Shown: positions 23,911 through 36,399 of the stretch, piece after piece
Layout: the number at the start of each line of letters is the position of its first letter
Numbering within the stretch: position 1 is the stretch's first letter
Origin: Monocercomonoides exilis PA203
Lineage: Eukaryota > Protista > Preaxostyla
NCBI GenBank assembly: GCA_001643675.2
Contig: LSRY02000045.1
Coordinates: forward strand, 186,001 to 250,000
DNA: 64,000 bases
Direction of reading: 5' to 3'
Position numbers and translations under genes: made by a program
The notes under the pieces: model-generated
Told to the model about the DNA's origin: nothing
The model's input: the letters and a program-made list of their open reading frames with translations, nothing else
Database searches by the model: none

Positions 23911-25308
23911 CTTTCCTCTCCCCACAATTGATATCTTCTTTTCCCCAACAATGATTGTCGCCCCTTCACTCACATGCTTCCCATCCAGCAACGTGATTGT
24001 CGAGCTCAGCTGCGCCATGCTCGAACTCACTGCATGCCCCACCGTCTTGCAAGGTGCAGACTCGCTCATCCCACACAAATTGTTTGTGTCATTTCCACCC
24101 ACCCCAACAAATCTATCCTTCATCCCTTCCTTCAGCCAGTCCTTCTTTTCTGTGTGCTGATATTGCCAACCGCCCGAATAATATTCATAGCACACTCTCT
24201 TCTCATTGCTATTCGTTGTATATGATTCATAAAAAGGGTTGTTTGATGAAAAGAGATTGTAATAATCTGAAAAATACACATCGTGGCCATATGGAGTGGA
24301 GGCGTTGCAACTACAATTGTGGAAGAAGAAGAAATAGCAATAAAGGTTGTTGCTTGGAGCTGTTTGTTGGTTTGGATAAAATCTCATCCCTCCGCCATAT
24401 GACACTGCTGAGCACGAAATAAACTGGAGGCTCCTCATTTTGAATGCTGCTGGAACATTGTAACAATACATCCCTCCACCATTCGAATTTGTTATGGAGC
24501 ATGAAGTGAATAAACACTCAAACACACAAGCGCTTTCCCCGTTCCCACTTTCTGTTCCAATACATGAAGATCCAGAAACCTTAAAAGTGTAAAGATAAAG
24601 GCCTCCTCCACATTCTTTTGCTGTGCATTTCTGGAACTCGCACCCACTGATCCTGACGCACGAAGTAATGTCATATGCATGAATTCCTCCTCCACGATAA
24701 TTTTTTGCTGTACATGCATTGAATGAATTGTTCTCAATATTTATTGAACTGATCGAACGGCACATAATTCCTCCCCCAGCATAATATGCATAGCAATCAT
24801 TGAACGAACAAAATTTCACTGAAAGTGTTCCTGATGACAAGCCATACATGAAAATAGCTCCACCATTTGAAGTTCCATTACTAATGGATGTCGATGTTCC
24901 ATTTGCTTTTGACCCATTCCACACACACCAAGTGAATGAATTCGTCCCATTGTCTGCTATCTGCTGTCTCCCTGGTTTCGATGGATTCCCCTCGCTCCCG
25001 CTGATTGCGACATTCCCTGATCGATAGCATCCGACAAACGAGGTATTCGAGGCATCCAGGGATGATGAAGGGCTGTTGAGCGAGGGAACAATGCCCCCAT
25101 CATACACATCCCACACCGATGAAAACTCACACCCACTCATCAGAAACGAGGTTTGACTCAGCCCTTCACCCAGATGTGTTGTTTTCGATGGATTTGTGGA
25201 GATGTTGAAGAAGGTCAGTTTGGAAAGAGATACAAGGCGTGTCAGGGGAGGTGCCAGAAATGGGGCTGAAGACACACAAAAAGATGAGAAATTCGACTCA
25301 CTCACCAA
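23548..25308 (-). CDS. Copy C: same family, long type, no 5' ATG (TTG start, in-frame TGA upstream)
   Basis: 586-codon open frame with an extra N-terminal segment FFNISTNP...YDGGIVPSLNSPSSSL. Confidence 0.75.
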   Translation of the reverse strand: MVSESNFSSFCVSSAPFLAPPLTRLVSLSKLTFFNISTNPSKTTHLGEGLSQTSFLMSGCEFSSVWDVYDGGIVPSLNSPSSSLDASNTSFVGCYRSGNVAISGSEGNPSKPGRQQIADNGTNSFTWCVWNGSKANGTSTSISNGTSNGGAIFMYGLSSGTLSVKFCSFNDCYAYYAGGGIMCRSISSINIENNSFNACTAKNYRGGGIHAYDITSCVRISGCEFQKCTAKECGGGLYLYTFKVSGSSCIGTESGNGESACVFECLFTSCSITNSNGGGMYCYNVPAAFKMRSLQFISCSAVSYGGGMRFYPNQQTAPSNNLYCYFFFFHNCSCNASTPYGHDVYFSDYYNLFSSNNPFYESYTTNSNEKRVCYEYYSGGWQYQHTEKKDWLKEGMKDRFVGVGGNDTNNLCGMSESAPCKTVGHAVSSSMAQLSSTITLLDGKHVSEGATIIVGEKKISIVGRGKTVSVIGTSALSSPATTLFSISSGQLEVGHVGIDHNATRSSSPSVFVVSVGSGTLSLEDVLINSSTSGGSGMTKCVFEVELRQLKTIDVEIENMKVSQLLFVEPSSVGLALGENYLLFILF

Positions 25309-25699
25309 TACACTCCCACCTCCTTCACTTTCTTCTCTTTTTTCTTCTCTTCCTTCACTTCCTCTTCCTTCACCTCTCTCCCACTTCTCGTCTGCACCAT
25401 CCCTCTCAATACAATTTTCATCAAAAACTCAAATTATTCTACAACCCTTTCCCTCCCTCTTTCTGCTGCATATGTTATGAATCTCATAAAAAAAATATAA
25501 CAGACCTTCGCTGCCAATTCCTTTTTATAACTATGATCCTATAAAGCTCTTTCCCAAGCTGATTCTGCTGATTGACCTTCACTTTCTATCATTTGATGTT
25601 GTTCTGCTTTTCCTCGCTGTTTTTGGAAGATGCGCGCAAAATACTTTATTTCAAGAAAATAAAAAGAAAAATCAATAAATCATATTAAAAATAGGTCAA

Positions 25700-26800
25700 A
25701 TAATATCACCAATAAAAATATCATACCTTTGTTTTCCTTTTCTCTTGCCAACTTTTCTCAAAGAATCGCTGCATTCCTTGCTTCCTCATCCCTTCCATCA
25801 TCTCCAACAAAAACAAAACATACTGCAATCTCCATCCATAAAGATGCTCTTTTTGATAGTGTTCTTGAGGATATTCCCATCTCCTTTTTTGAATAATTCT
25901 TTGTTGAACTGACTTTCCTCTATTTTTCTCCAAAATCTCTTTTCTCTTTTTTCTTCTTCATGTCCTCCCTCAATTCATATCACCATCTCATTCCCTTCTT
26001 TCTGCTCTTCTTCCAATGCTCCAAAAAAAAAATATTCATTCTTCCAATCCCTCTTGTTTTCCTTCTTCATCTCTTTTTCTTTTCCCTATCTTCTGCTCCA
26101 ACTTCCGCTTCTTCTTCTTCTTCTCGGGTTTTTGTCATATTTCTTCTTCTGCTGTGTCATCAATTTTTCTGTTCTCTCTTTTTTTAGTTTTTACAAGATT
26201 CATCGCAAATACCTTCCAAAAACATTCATGAAAATCATCTTCATTTCATTTTCTCTGGTTTATCCCATTCATCATCCTCCAATTGTTATGTCCCGATTTC
26301 TTCAAATACATCCATTATCTTCTCTTTCCATGCTCCATTCACACATCCCTTTTGATTGTTCTTCCAAAACTTCTAATATGATAATAACGACAAGAACACA
26401 TGAAATAAAACAATATTATGAAATACAAAAAAGATAAAATATCAAAGAAAAATATAAATAAAAAAATAAGATATCACACAAAAGATGAAATGCCAAATAC
26501 CTTTTCCCTTTCCCAATCATCTGCTGCATCATCATCATCTTCTTCTTCTTCTGCTTCTGCTTCTGCTGCTGCTGCTTCAATAAATTATTCATTGAGCATA
26601 TGCCATTCACCCATCTCATCAATCTTCTGCTCTCTCTTCTGTCTCTTCCCCTCCTTCTTTCCAAAATGTCTTGTAAATCTCGCAAATCCCTTCTTTTCCC
26701 ATTCATTCTTTTGTTTCTCCTCCACCTCATTTCTCATTACTTCCCTTCATTTATTATATCCTTATTTCTTTTAATGCATCCAACATCCTCTCTTTCCATG
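25700..26800. repeat. Block mirrored at about 47215-48315; a diverged partial direct copy at 1-230
   Basis: Identical ORFs 25721-25933(-)/48082-48294(+), coordinate sum 74015. Positions 1-100 align to about 25745-25845. Confidence 0.85.
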
Positions 26801-27139
26801 TTCCATGCTCATTCATTGGCATTGAACATTCTTGCAAAAATCCTAATTTCTTTTAAAAAATAATATTTGAAAAATCATAATTTAAAAAAATATAAATACA
26901 CACCGTTATAATGATCATTCTTCACCGACTTCATTCTCCTCCCCCAAATAATGCTCCATTCTGCCTATAAATTCCATCTTTCCAGCCTTCGCTTCCCTTC
27001 TGCTTCCTTTAAAAAATTAGTCAAAGCCCAACTTTTCATTATTCTTTCGCTCAAATAACTCAACCAGCTCCATTCTATAAAAAAAAAACTGGTATAGAAG
27101 AATATTCCATCTGATTAACACGTCTCACCCCTTTTCTCT

Positions 27140-28230
27140 GCATTGCCTTCTTCTTCTCCACATTTCCCCTCAAAGCAACAACATCACATCACCACACCCA
27201 TATCCCAGTCCATCCATTCTCCCTCTCCACAAAAACCAAACAACTCTGCCCACAATCCACCTTCTCCAACTTTCATAACAAACGATTGCAAAATCCCTTC
27301 TCCTTCACTTCCAACATCCCCTTCTCCAAATATCCTTTTCCCAATCAAAAATATAAATGCCTCCAATATTTTGCCTCTTTCTATTGCTAGACACTCTCTC
27401 ATGGTAAACCCCTCATCTCGCTCCATCCCTGTCGCACCCCTGTCTCCACACCCCCAATGCAAAGCGCCAACACTGATGTTCCTTCTTCCTGCCTTCCTCC
27501 GCCTCAGCTTCCATCCCTTGCCCCGCAATCGCCTGGCGCGGCCAAAGGGTCCATCCAATAATTTATATAAAAATATAAAAAATTTTCTTTCATTTTTCTT
27601 CTTCTTCATCCCATCTTCCCTCTCTAATTATGCACACACTCACAAAAACTCTTCTTCTTGTTCCACCTCACATGAACCCCCTCTCTATCAGTGCATGAGA
27701 AAAAATAATATCCCTTTTCCATTTCTTCTCCATTTCCAATCCATCTCTAATCCTCCCCTCCAATAAGCATATTCCATTCACTCCACCCTTCTTATCTTCC
27801 CTCTCACCCCACCTCCTCCACATCAAATTCCATTTCTCCAGCAATAAACACGACATCCACGCCTTCCCAATGACAAAAATCGAAAAAACAATCTCTCAGC
27901 GCTTCATCCCAATCTATCCCCCACACATCCATTTTGCCTCTTAAACCTCACAAAAATACCTCTTTCTCCCCCAAAAAACATCCTTTTGTCGTTCCTTTCC
28001 CCTTCAAGACATCCTGCTTTCCCCTCAAAAAGCATATCTTCTCTCCAAACTCCATAAACCCATCCTCCCTCTCTTCTGACTTGTCCATATGCCCATTCAG
28101 CCACAATAAATCCAGTTGGGCTTTCTTTTCTTTTATCATCCCAAATCTGTCGTGAGCACAATCAAATAGAATCTTATGACAGAAGATTTGACTTGGCCAC
28201 ACGAAGAATGAAAGGCTTGCATTCAAAAAA
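27140..28230 (-). pseudogene. Single-copy degenerate coding fragment, product unknown
   Basis: Interrupted Gly/Glu-rich frames at 27184-27609, 27668-27856 and 27904-28226. Confidence 0.3.
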
Positions 28231-31200
28231 GGTGGCAGATGGAGCAGATGAGTTGAATACAGCCCTGAAGCAGAATGAAGACAAAAGCAATATCATTTTT
28301 GAAGGAAGAGAGTGTCATTCATTTTTGGTTGTTGGAAATGATGATGATGATGATGATGAATGGTTTTGTCAAAATAACTGGAAATGGGGTGAATGAAATG
28401 AACTTTATTGTTTGTGTGTGTTCGTTGAAGAATTTCAATATTAATGTTATTCTTCTCTTTTGCTGCCTGTCTGGGTGTGATGATGTTGTCTGAAATGGAC
28501 AAAGGAGGTGTTTGTTTGCTGAGAGGAGGAAGAATGAAAGAGACGAGAGAGCTCAATGAATCAGAGTTTCGAGGGCAATGGCGCTGGAGAAGGGCAGGAC
28601 AATCGCCTGTTTGTGAAAAAAGACTAAACAAAAAGGAGTTTATATGGAGAAGAAGAAGTGGAAGGAGGAGTAGAAGAAGAAGAAGAAGATGATGATGATG
28701 ATGATGATGAAATTGCAGCAATCGTTTTATCAGCCCCATTTCCCTCTCTCAAACCACTCCCATTCTTGTCTCTCTTTCTGCTGTCTGCAATCGAGTCGAG
28801 CCAAACGGAGCCATAGGCAACACCTCCTCTTCGATCTCATACGTCCTCATAAACAGCATCTCATCCCTCTTTTCGCTTCTGTGTATTTCCGGAAACAGCT
28901 GGCCACACAACTGCAATGGCATTGTTTTGCATGTGCGAATCATCAGCAGCTTCTCGCAATGCGCCTGCGCATTCATCTTGCTGTTCTCCAAACCTTGCAG
29001 CTGCTTTGCCACCTGCTTGAACATCAGCATATGCTTCATTAGCTTCTCTCTCTCTTTCTCTTTCTCTATCTCTCTCTTTCCCCTTCAAATTCCTTCTTGC
29101 TCTGTTGTGATTGTTCTCTGCAATGCGCAAAATCATCTCGAATGCCAGTCAAATCTGCTCGCTTCCTCCTCCAGCTTCCCACCCCTCGCTCGGCCTCATG
29201 TTTCTTTCCCTCCTCTTTCCCTTTCAAAATAGCACAACCCACAGTGGAACAGAAAGGTTGTGCAGTTGATGCTGTTTCAAAACCTTTCTGCCGTTGACAG
29301 AGCACTTCGTCCATCGCTCGACACAGATGAAACATTCGAAATGGACAAGGGAGTGCAACAGGTGGCTGAACAGGCAGAGCAAGATGATGTTGTTTCCAAA
29401 GAGCAGCAACGATTGTTTGTTGCAACTCTCTTTCTTTGATAAGGCTCAAAGCCGAGCTCGATGGTTGAAATGCGTTCAGCTTGAGGACTATTATGAAGGA
29501 AAAGTTAGAACCTTGTTTGGGATTGGAAATGTCCCAGAAAAAAGAAAAAGAAAAAGAAAAAGAAAAAAAGGAGCTGCCAATGCTGAAGTGAAAGAAAGAA
29601 AAAAAGACGAAGAGGAAGTGAGTGTTCTCGAGGAGTAATCGCTGCATATTGTTCTTGCGCATCCTCAGTGCGTAATGCTATTTGACTGGAGTGAATGTTG
29701 GACAGGGAGGCTGCATCATCCTTCGTCCATGACTGTGATTCATTTTCTGGTGGCAGGTTGCACACAACATGAGAGAATTGATCCAAAGTCAGTTGAGGCA
29801 GTGATGGCACAGCAGGGTGATATGGTGTGCTTCACATTGAAAAAAGGGAAGTCTGCTTGAGAAGAAGAAAAAGACGGTGAAGAAGTGATGTTGTTGGAAG
29901 AAGAAGAAAACGAGAAGAGGAAGAAGAATAAGAAGGAGGAGAAGAAGAGGAAGAGGAAAAAAAAAGGAGAAGAGGAAAAAGAGGAATTAACAGCATCAAT
30001 AGAATTATAGTCTTCAGAGAATCATTTCAAAACGAAATTCGTCGTTTCTCTCTTGGCATGCTCTGACACAAAGTCAAAAACGGCAAACAGGCTGTTTCAC
30101 ACAGATGACAACCAGCCAGAAATATTCTTCGTTTGACAATTGTTTCGAGAAGGAGAAGACTCAGCAGCAGGACAATGCGGATCAAATGCATTTGACGTTT
30201 CGACTGAAGAGGAAGCAGAAAATGGAGGAGGATGAATTCATGGTGCGGGGAAAAGAAGGTGAAGACAAAGAAGAAGACGAAGAAAAACAAAAATTTGTTG
30301 CATTCGACAAAGAAGAAACACTTGCAGAACGTGATGAAGGTGATGAAGGCGGAGAAGAAAAGGAAGAAAAGGAAGATGAAGAAGATAACGATAAAGAAGG
30401 AAATAAAATTATTTCATTTGCTTAGGTCGTGGAAAGAAAAACATGACGAAAATGAAGAAGAGAGAAAAGCAGATAAAGAAAGTGAAGAGGATGAAGAAGA
30501 AGGTGATGAAGGTGACGAAGGCGATGAAGCTTATAATCAAAAATGAGGAGAAAAATACACATATTCAAATCATTTGGAGGTGTATACGAAAACATGATGG
30601 GGATGAGACAGATAAGGCTGATGAAAACAATGAGGCTGAAGAAGAAGGGGGAGAATAGACGAAAAAGCAGAAGAAGACAATGAAGAAGATGAAGTCGATG
30701 AAGAAAATGAAGACGATGCTATCGAAATCTCATATGAAGGATAATTTTTGTTGGAAGATATCCTGAATATAACAACTTTGCTCTATGCCCCATCTGCAAA
30801 CCCTTCGATGACACAATGCCAAAGGCGATAGCAAAATAACTCAAAGTCCATTTTGTCTGTAATTTTCCTCCAGCTGCCTGTATTACGCCAAACTGTCTGT
30901 TTTTCTCGTATTTTCGCCTCTCAAGCCAAGCAATGAAAAGCAGTTCCATCGCTCCCCCAGGTCTATAAAGTCAATGTCTTTCCATTCTTATCCCAAGAAA
31001 GGCACCTTGCTCTGCTCCAACTGCCTCCAATGTCCCTTTTCAGTCATTTGCCACAATCTCCCCAACAAAATTTTTCTGAAAATGTCCTCACCTTCTTCAA
31101 AAAAAAAAAAAAACGCTCCCTTTTCATTGAATTTGGTTATTCTTCCTTTTTGCCTTGAATATCTTCCAACCCCCTTGATTTTTGCTCCATCAAAATTCAT

Positions 31201-34200
31201 TCTTCATCGCATTTCTGTACGTCGCGCATGTTGAGTCCATAAAAAGTTGCATAAACATTTATGATAAAATATATTCAGGCTCTAATAATATATTTGTAAG
31301 ATAACATTTGGTTCGCTTCCTCGCTGTTCTGCTCTGCATGGAATAAATTGTCCATTTTAAATAATTTGCCTGAATCAAGACTTTGGAGAGGATACGGATG
31401 GAAATATCTTCACAACATATAGAACAATAAAAATTACATACATTGAAAATTCTTCATTTCCATCGAAAATGTCGCATCCTCGCAGCATTCCATCAATCAA
31501 AATGAACAATTTCAGTTTCCCTCAAAATAAAACTGTTGCTGGCTCACCTGCCATATCACTTAAAAAAATAATTCACTCATCCCAGCTGGAATGTTTGACG
31601 TCTTGATTTCTCATTCTGTTGTGCAGTTTTTTTATCATTTAACTTCATTTGATCATTTTCCATAACAGATTGGAGAGATTGATGAATGAACGATGGCTCA
31701 ATTTGAAGTATTTTGGTTGAAAGGGCAGAGGCTGGAAGAGAAATGGGGACAGGGGATTGTTTGTGGGGCAGCTCAACAACCTTGCCAATTCTTGCTGTTT
31801 GAGTGCCAAATGAGCAGAAAAGATGAGAATTTTAGTCTTTCTTTCTGAAGTTTGGTGCTCGTGATGAGCATGAGATAATAAGAGGGAGAAAATATCGACA
31901 ATGTATTTATTTATCATTCAGCACCTGGATTGCTTCATATCCTTCTTTTCTCCTGAATAAATGGTTTTTTTTTAATAAAGGGAAGGAAAAGGAAAGACAA
32001 TGCCAAATCTTGTTCTTGTCATGTTTCATCCTTGTTGCACTTTTGAACAATTCTTTCAATCTTCTCATGTTGGACAACGTCTGGGACCATCTTTCAACTT
32101 CATTGTGAAATCCAACATAGATACAAATGGATAATTTTCATTTATCCTAATTTTCTCTTTCCCTCGTGAGTCATATTCTCTTTCCATGTTCTCAAACGTT
32201 TTTTCTTCTTCTTCATATTCGCCAACACTCGATCTGGGAAATTGGATCAACATCCCTCAACATCCTAAAAGACAGAACAATATGATTTTCTTGTGTTAGA
32301 AAGGCATTTGTCTTCGACTGAAATGCCATTTGATTACCACTTGGAGCGTCTCTTTTTCAGCCATTCTTCATCGCCATCCCCTGTTTCGATTTGTTATCTT
32401 CATCAACATTATTTAGAAAATCCATCTGAGCCCAGTGTGTGAATCAATCAATCAGAAGAAACAAGGATTGTTTATCCGTCTTTGATTTTTTGCTTGTGGA
32501 AGGAAATATGACAAAGCGCTTGGTTTTTGAATTGGAGTCATCAAGGCCAGAAACGCAAGCACTTTGGCGATCATCAGTGTTATGAGTTCATGGAAAGGGA
32601 AGTGAAAAAGAAAGAATGCAAAAGGTTAGAAATGAGAAGAGGAATAATTTTGAATCTGTTTGTGAATGAAGCCTTGCATGAAGCAAAAGGAAAGACAACA
32701 AGATGGACATTTTTTGATTGGGATTGTCAAAAAAGTTCTGTGAACTGAGCAAGGATTGAATTATCAATTGGTGTGTCTGAGTGAATTTTGAGCAGGATGC
32801 ACATTCTTTGGCCATCTCATAAGTTTCAATTCATATGTGTTCCATATCGAATGAGTGATGGTTTTTTTAAACTGTATTTGAGGATATGGAAAGATGAATT
32901 TTTTGATAGAAACGGTGGGGCTGGTTCATGCAGTTTGTTTTCTTTTGCAATCAGACATCTGGGAAAACGAGAAGGATGCATTTGTGGAGAATGGAGTAGT
33001 TAGTGATTTTTGAGAGGTTGGTGGAGGAATGAGATGTCTCGTTCAGAACGAGTTGGGAGAAGGGAGCAGAGGGAAATGAAGGTGAAAGAGCAAGGTGGAA
33101 TGGTGGATGAAACTCAGTTTGTGAGGGGAAGAGAAAGAAGTGAAAATTGCTTAATAAATCCTTTTTTTATATGAGTTATTGCCAGCCTTGTGGTGTGGCT
33201 GCTCATCAACGATCACGTTGGAAAATGTGTGCGGAGGAGGTTGCATTGCCTTTGGCATTCCCTTTTGATATTTGTGTTTTTTGGGGAATGTGTGTCTGTG
33301 AATGAGCAAAAAGAGGGGGGCTGGATGTTGTTGGGAGTGATGGAGATGTGTTGCTTTGCAATGAGGAAGAAGAAGAGGAAGAGGAAGGCGATGGAAGGGG
33401 CAGTTGGCAGTCTGCTTCGAGAAGTCTTTGGAAGGGAGTTGGAAAGAAGAAAAGCAGAGAGGCAGGGATTGAGATGGAATGGAAAGGGAGAAGGAGGAGG
33501 AAGAAGGAAGGTGAAGAGGAAGATGGTGTGGCTGGGCAAATGAAATGGGGTGAGGAGTGTTTGTGGGTGTGATGATTCCACGCTCAGCAAGGTTGTTGGC
33601 AATGTTGATGGAGGCGACAGATGCTGTGTGTTTCGGATCCGAAAGGATGGGGAAATGCAGACAGAAAAAATGAGAGAGGATGGTGAGTGGCAGGCAGTTG
33701 TTGGAGGGGGGTGAGGATGAAGCGGAGGAAAGGATGCTGGATGGGCATATGCCCCATGGAGCAGATGTGTTTGTTGAGTGAGGTTGAGGGGCAGTTGTAT
33801 TTTTGGAAGGGAGAGAAATGAAGAGGGAGATGGAGAACATATGGAGGGTGTGGAGCTTGCTGTCACAAGAGAAGGAAGATGAAGAAAAGGAGGCATTTGA
33901 ATTGTGATGTGCATGAAGGGATTGAAAATGTCTTTCAAAATTCACAAAAATAAAAAATATTTTGTTATTTCAGAGAGAGATTTCAATCTCTGTATTCTCT
34001 GTTTTGTTCTCATTCGCATTGTTGGTTTCTTTTTCGCTCAGTTCCACTCAAAACATATTATTTTATTTGTATGTTTGTGTGGCATTCCCCTGTGTGAAAA
34101 AATGCAAGGGAATCAACACACATTATTGTCTTTGTGAAGGAGCCAGGGCAAATGAATTCTTTTGAAATGGCTGAGAAATTGGATTTGGAGGAGTCTGGAC

Positions 34201-34983
34201 ACACAGAAATCAGGGGAAATGGCACTTTTCTGTTTAATAAATATTATAATAAATTCATATTTATAATTTTATAAAAAAGTTTTTTTTCAAATAGATTGAT
34301 GAACTGGTTTATGCAATCAGATCAAATGAAAACAGAAAAAGCTGAAAGCGTGTTGAGAGAAGTTTTGCAGCCAGGAACAGACATAGCACATGGCATACCC
34401 TGAGGGGTGTGATTCGATCCTTGAGGTGGTACGGGTGCCGAGCCTCTGGGGTGCCTGGGAAATGAGGCAGCGATTTATCGGCCAGATGGCTGTGCCTGTG
34501 CATGGAGCATGTTTGTGATGCCTCTTTCTATGCGCTGTGCCTGCAAAATGTTGTGAGTTGGCGGTATGAGTGGGCTTTTGGGGCAGCTTGGTGTCGGTGA
34601 GTGGCGTTGTTTCCTTTTACTATGTTATCTTTTCTGCAATGCTGATGGAAGTGTGCCATTTTGTTTGCCTCTCGAGGGAGCCGTTGACGTGTTGCACCTT
34701 TTTTATTTCTATTTTTTCGGATTTTATTTCTCAGCAGGGCGCAGCTGGGGATGTTTTGCAACAGAAGAATTTTTCGATGATCCGGGCACCTGGGTGAACC
34801 AATACAGCGGGGAAGGGGATGGGAGCAATGGAAACAGCGATTGGGAGGGGTGTAAGGAGAGACGATGGGCTGTGGCAGAATTTTGTTTTTTCACCTCAAA
34901 GGCAGTTATTGGCTGTTGTGGCAGTGCCAGCACAAATACGGATGATTTTATTGGATGCTCTCCTTCAGACCTGGGATTTGCCG

Positions 34984-36399
34984 TTATTTCATCCAGCAAA
35001 AATATTTCGACTCCAACTGTCCACTTGCCACACTGAACAGCATCGTTGAAATTGAAGAAAGAGAATTTGTCCCAATCACACTCACTGTCTTCCCTCTCCC
35101 AACAACAGAAATCTCCTTTTCCCCAACATTGATCGTCGCCCCTTCGCTCACATGCTTCCCATCCAGCAACGTGATTGTCGAGCTCAGCTGCGCCATGCTC
35201 GACCCCACTGCATGCCCCACTGTCTTGCACGGAGCTGCCTCACTCATCCCACACAGATTGTTTGCGTCATCCCCACTCGCCCCAACATATCGATCTTTCA
35301 TCCCTTCCTTCAACCATCCCTTTTTTTCTGTGTGCTGATACACCCAATTACTGTCAGCATAACACACTCTCCTATTATCGCTATTCGTTGTGAACGATTC
35401 ATGGAACGGATTGTTCGATGAGAAGAGATTCTTATTATCTACAAAATACACATCGTGACCATATGGAGTGGAAGCGTTGCAACTGCAGTCATGGAAGAAG
35501 AAGAAATAGCAATAAATGTTGTTGCTTGGAGCTGTTGATTGATATGGATAAAAATCCAATCCTCCGCCATTCGACACTGCTGTGCACGAAATAAACTGGA
35601 GGCTCCTCATCTTGAATGCAGCTGGAACATTTTGACAAACCATACCTCCGCCATATGAACCAGAAATTGAACATAAATTGAAACTACAGTCAAACACGCA
35701 TGCACTCTCACCTTTACCGTTTTCCGATGGCATGCATTCTGACCCAGAAGCATTAAAATTATAAAGATCGATCCCCCCTCCTGTACTACTTGCTTTGCAT
35801 TTCTGGAATTCGCAGCCACTGATCCTGACACATGACGAAATTGATTCAGCATACAATCCTCCTCCATAACGATTTTGAGCAGTGCATGCATTAAATGAAT
35901 TGTTTTCAGCCTTGACTGAATTAATAGAAACGCAAGTAATTCCTCCCCCAGCATAATATGCATGGCAATCATTAAAAGAACAAAATTTCACTGAAAGTGT
36001 TCCCGATCCCAGGTTATACATGTAAATCGCCCCTCCATTTGAAGCACCATTACTGGTGGATGTCGATGTTCCATTTGCTTTTGACTCATTCCACTCGCAC
36101 CAAGTGAATGAATTCGTCCCATTTTCTGTAATCTGTTGTCTCGCTGGCTTCGACGGATTCCCTTCACTCCCACTGATTGCAACATTCTGAGTGCGATGGC
36201 ACCCGACAAATGAGGTGTTCGAGGCAGCCAATGACTGAGATGTTAGAAAAGACAAAAAGAGAGCGCGATGCAAAGGATATGACGAGTAATGGATGAATGG
36301 ATGTGAAGAAATGCAAAAAGAAGAGAAATGCGACTCGCCCGCCTTAAATGCCTCCTCCTCCTTCTTCTCTTTTTTATTTTTATTTTTTATTTTTATCAT
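34984..36399 (-). CDS. Copy D: same family, short type; the only copy whose promoter-proximal ATG (36399) is in frame
   Basis: MIKIKNKNKKEKKEEEAFKAGESHFSSFC... is continuous to GQLESKYFCWMK*. The T6 run at 36370-36375 keeps the frame. Confidence 0.78.
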   Translation of the reverse strand: MIKIKNKNKKEKKEEEAFKAGESHFSSFCISSHPFIHYSSYPLHRALFLSFLTSQSLAASNTSFVGCHRTQNVAISGSEGNPSKPARQQITENGTNSFTWCEWNESKANGTSTSTSNGASNGGAIYMYNLGSGTLSVKFCSFNDCHAYYAGGGITCVSINSVKAENNSFNACTAQNRYGGGLYAESISSCVRISGCEFQKCKASSTGGGIDLYNFNASGSECMPSENGKGESACVFDCSFNLCSISGSYGGGMVCQNVPAAFKMRSLQFISCTAVSNGGGLDFYPYQSTAPSNNIYCYFFFFHDCSCNASTPYGHDVYFVDNKNLFSSNNPFHESFTTNSDNRRVCYADSNWVYQHTEKKGWLKEGMKDRYVGASGDDANNLCGMSEAAPCKTVGHAVGSSMAQLSSTITLLDGKHVSEGATINVGEKEISVVGRGKTVSVIGTNSLSSISTMLFSVASGQLESKYFCWMK

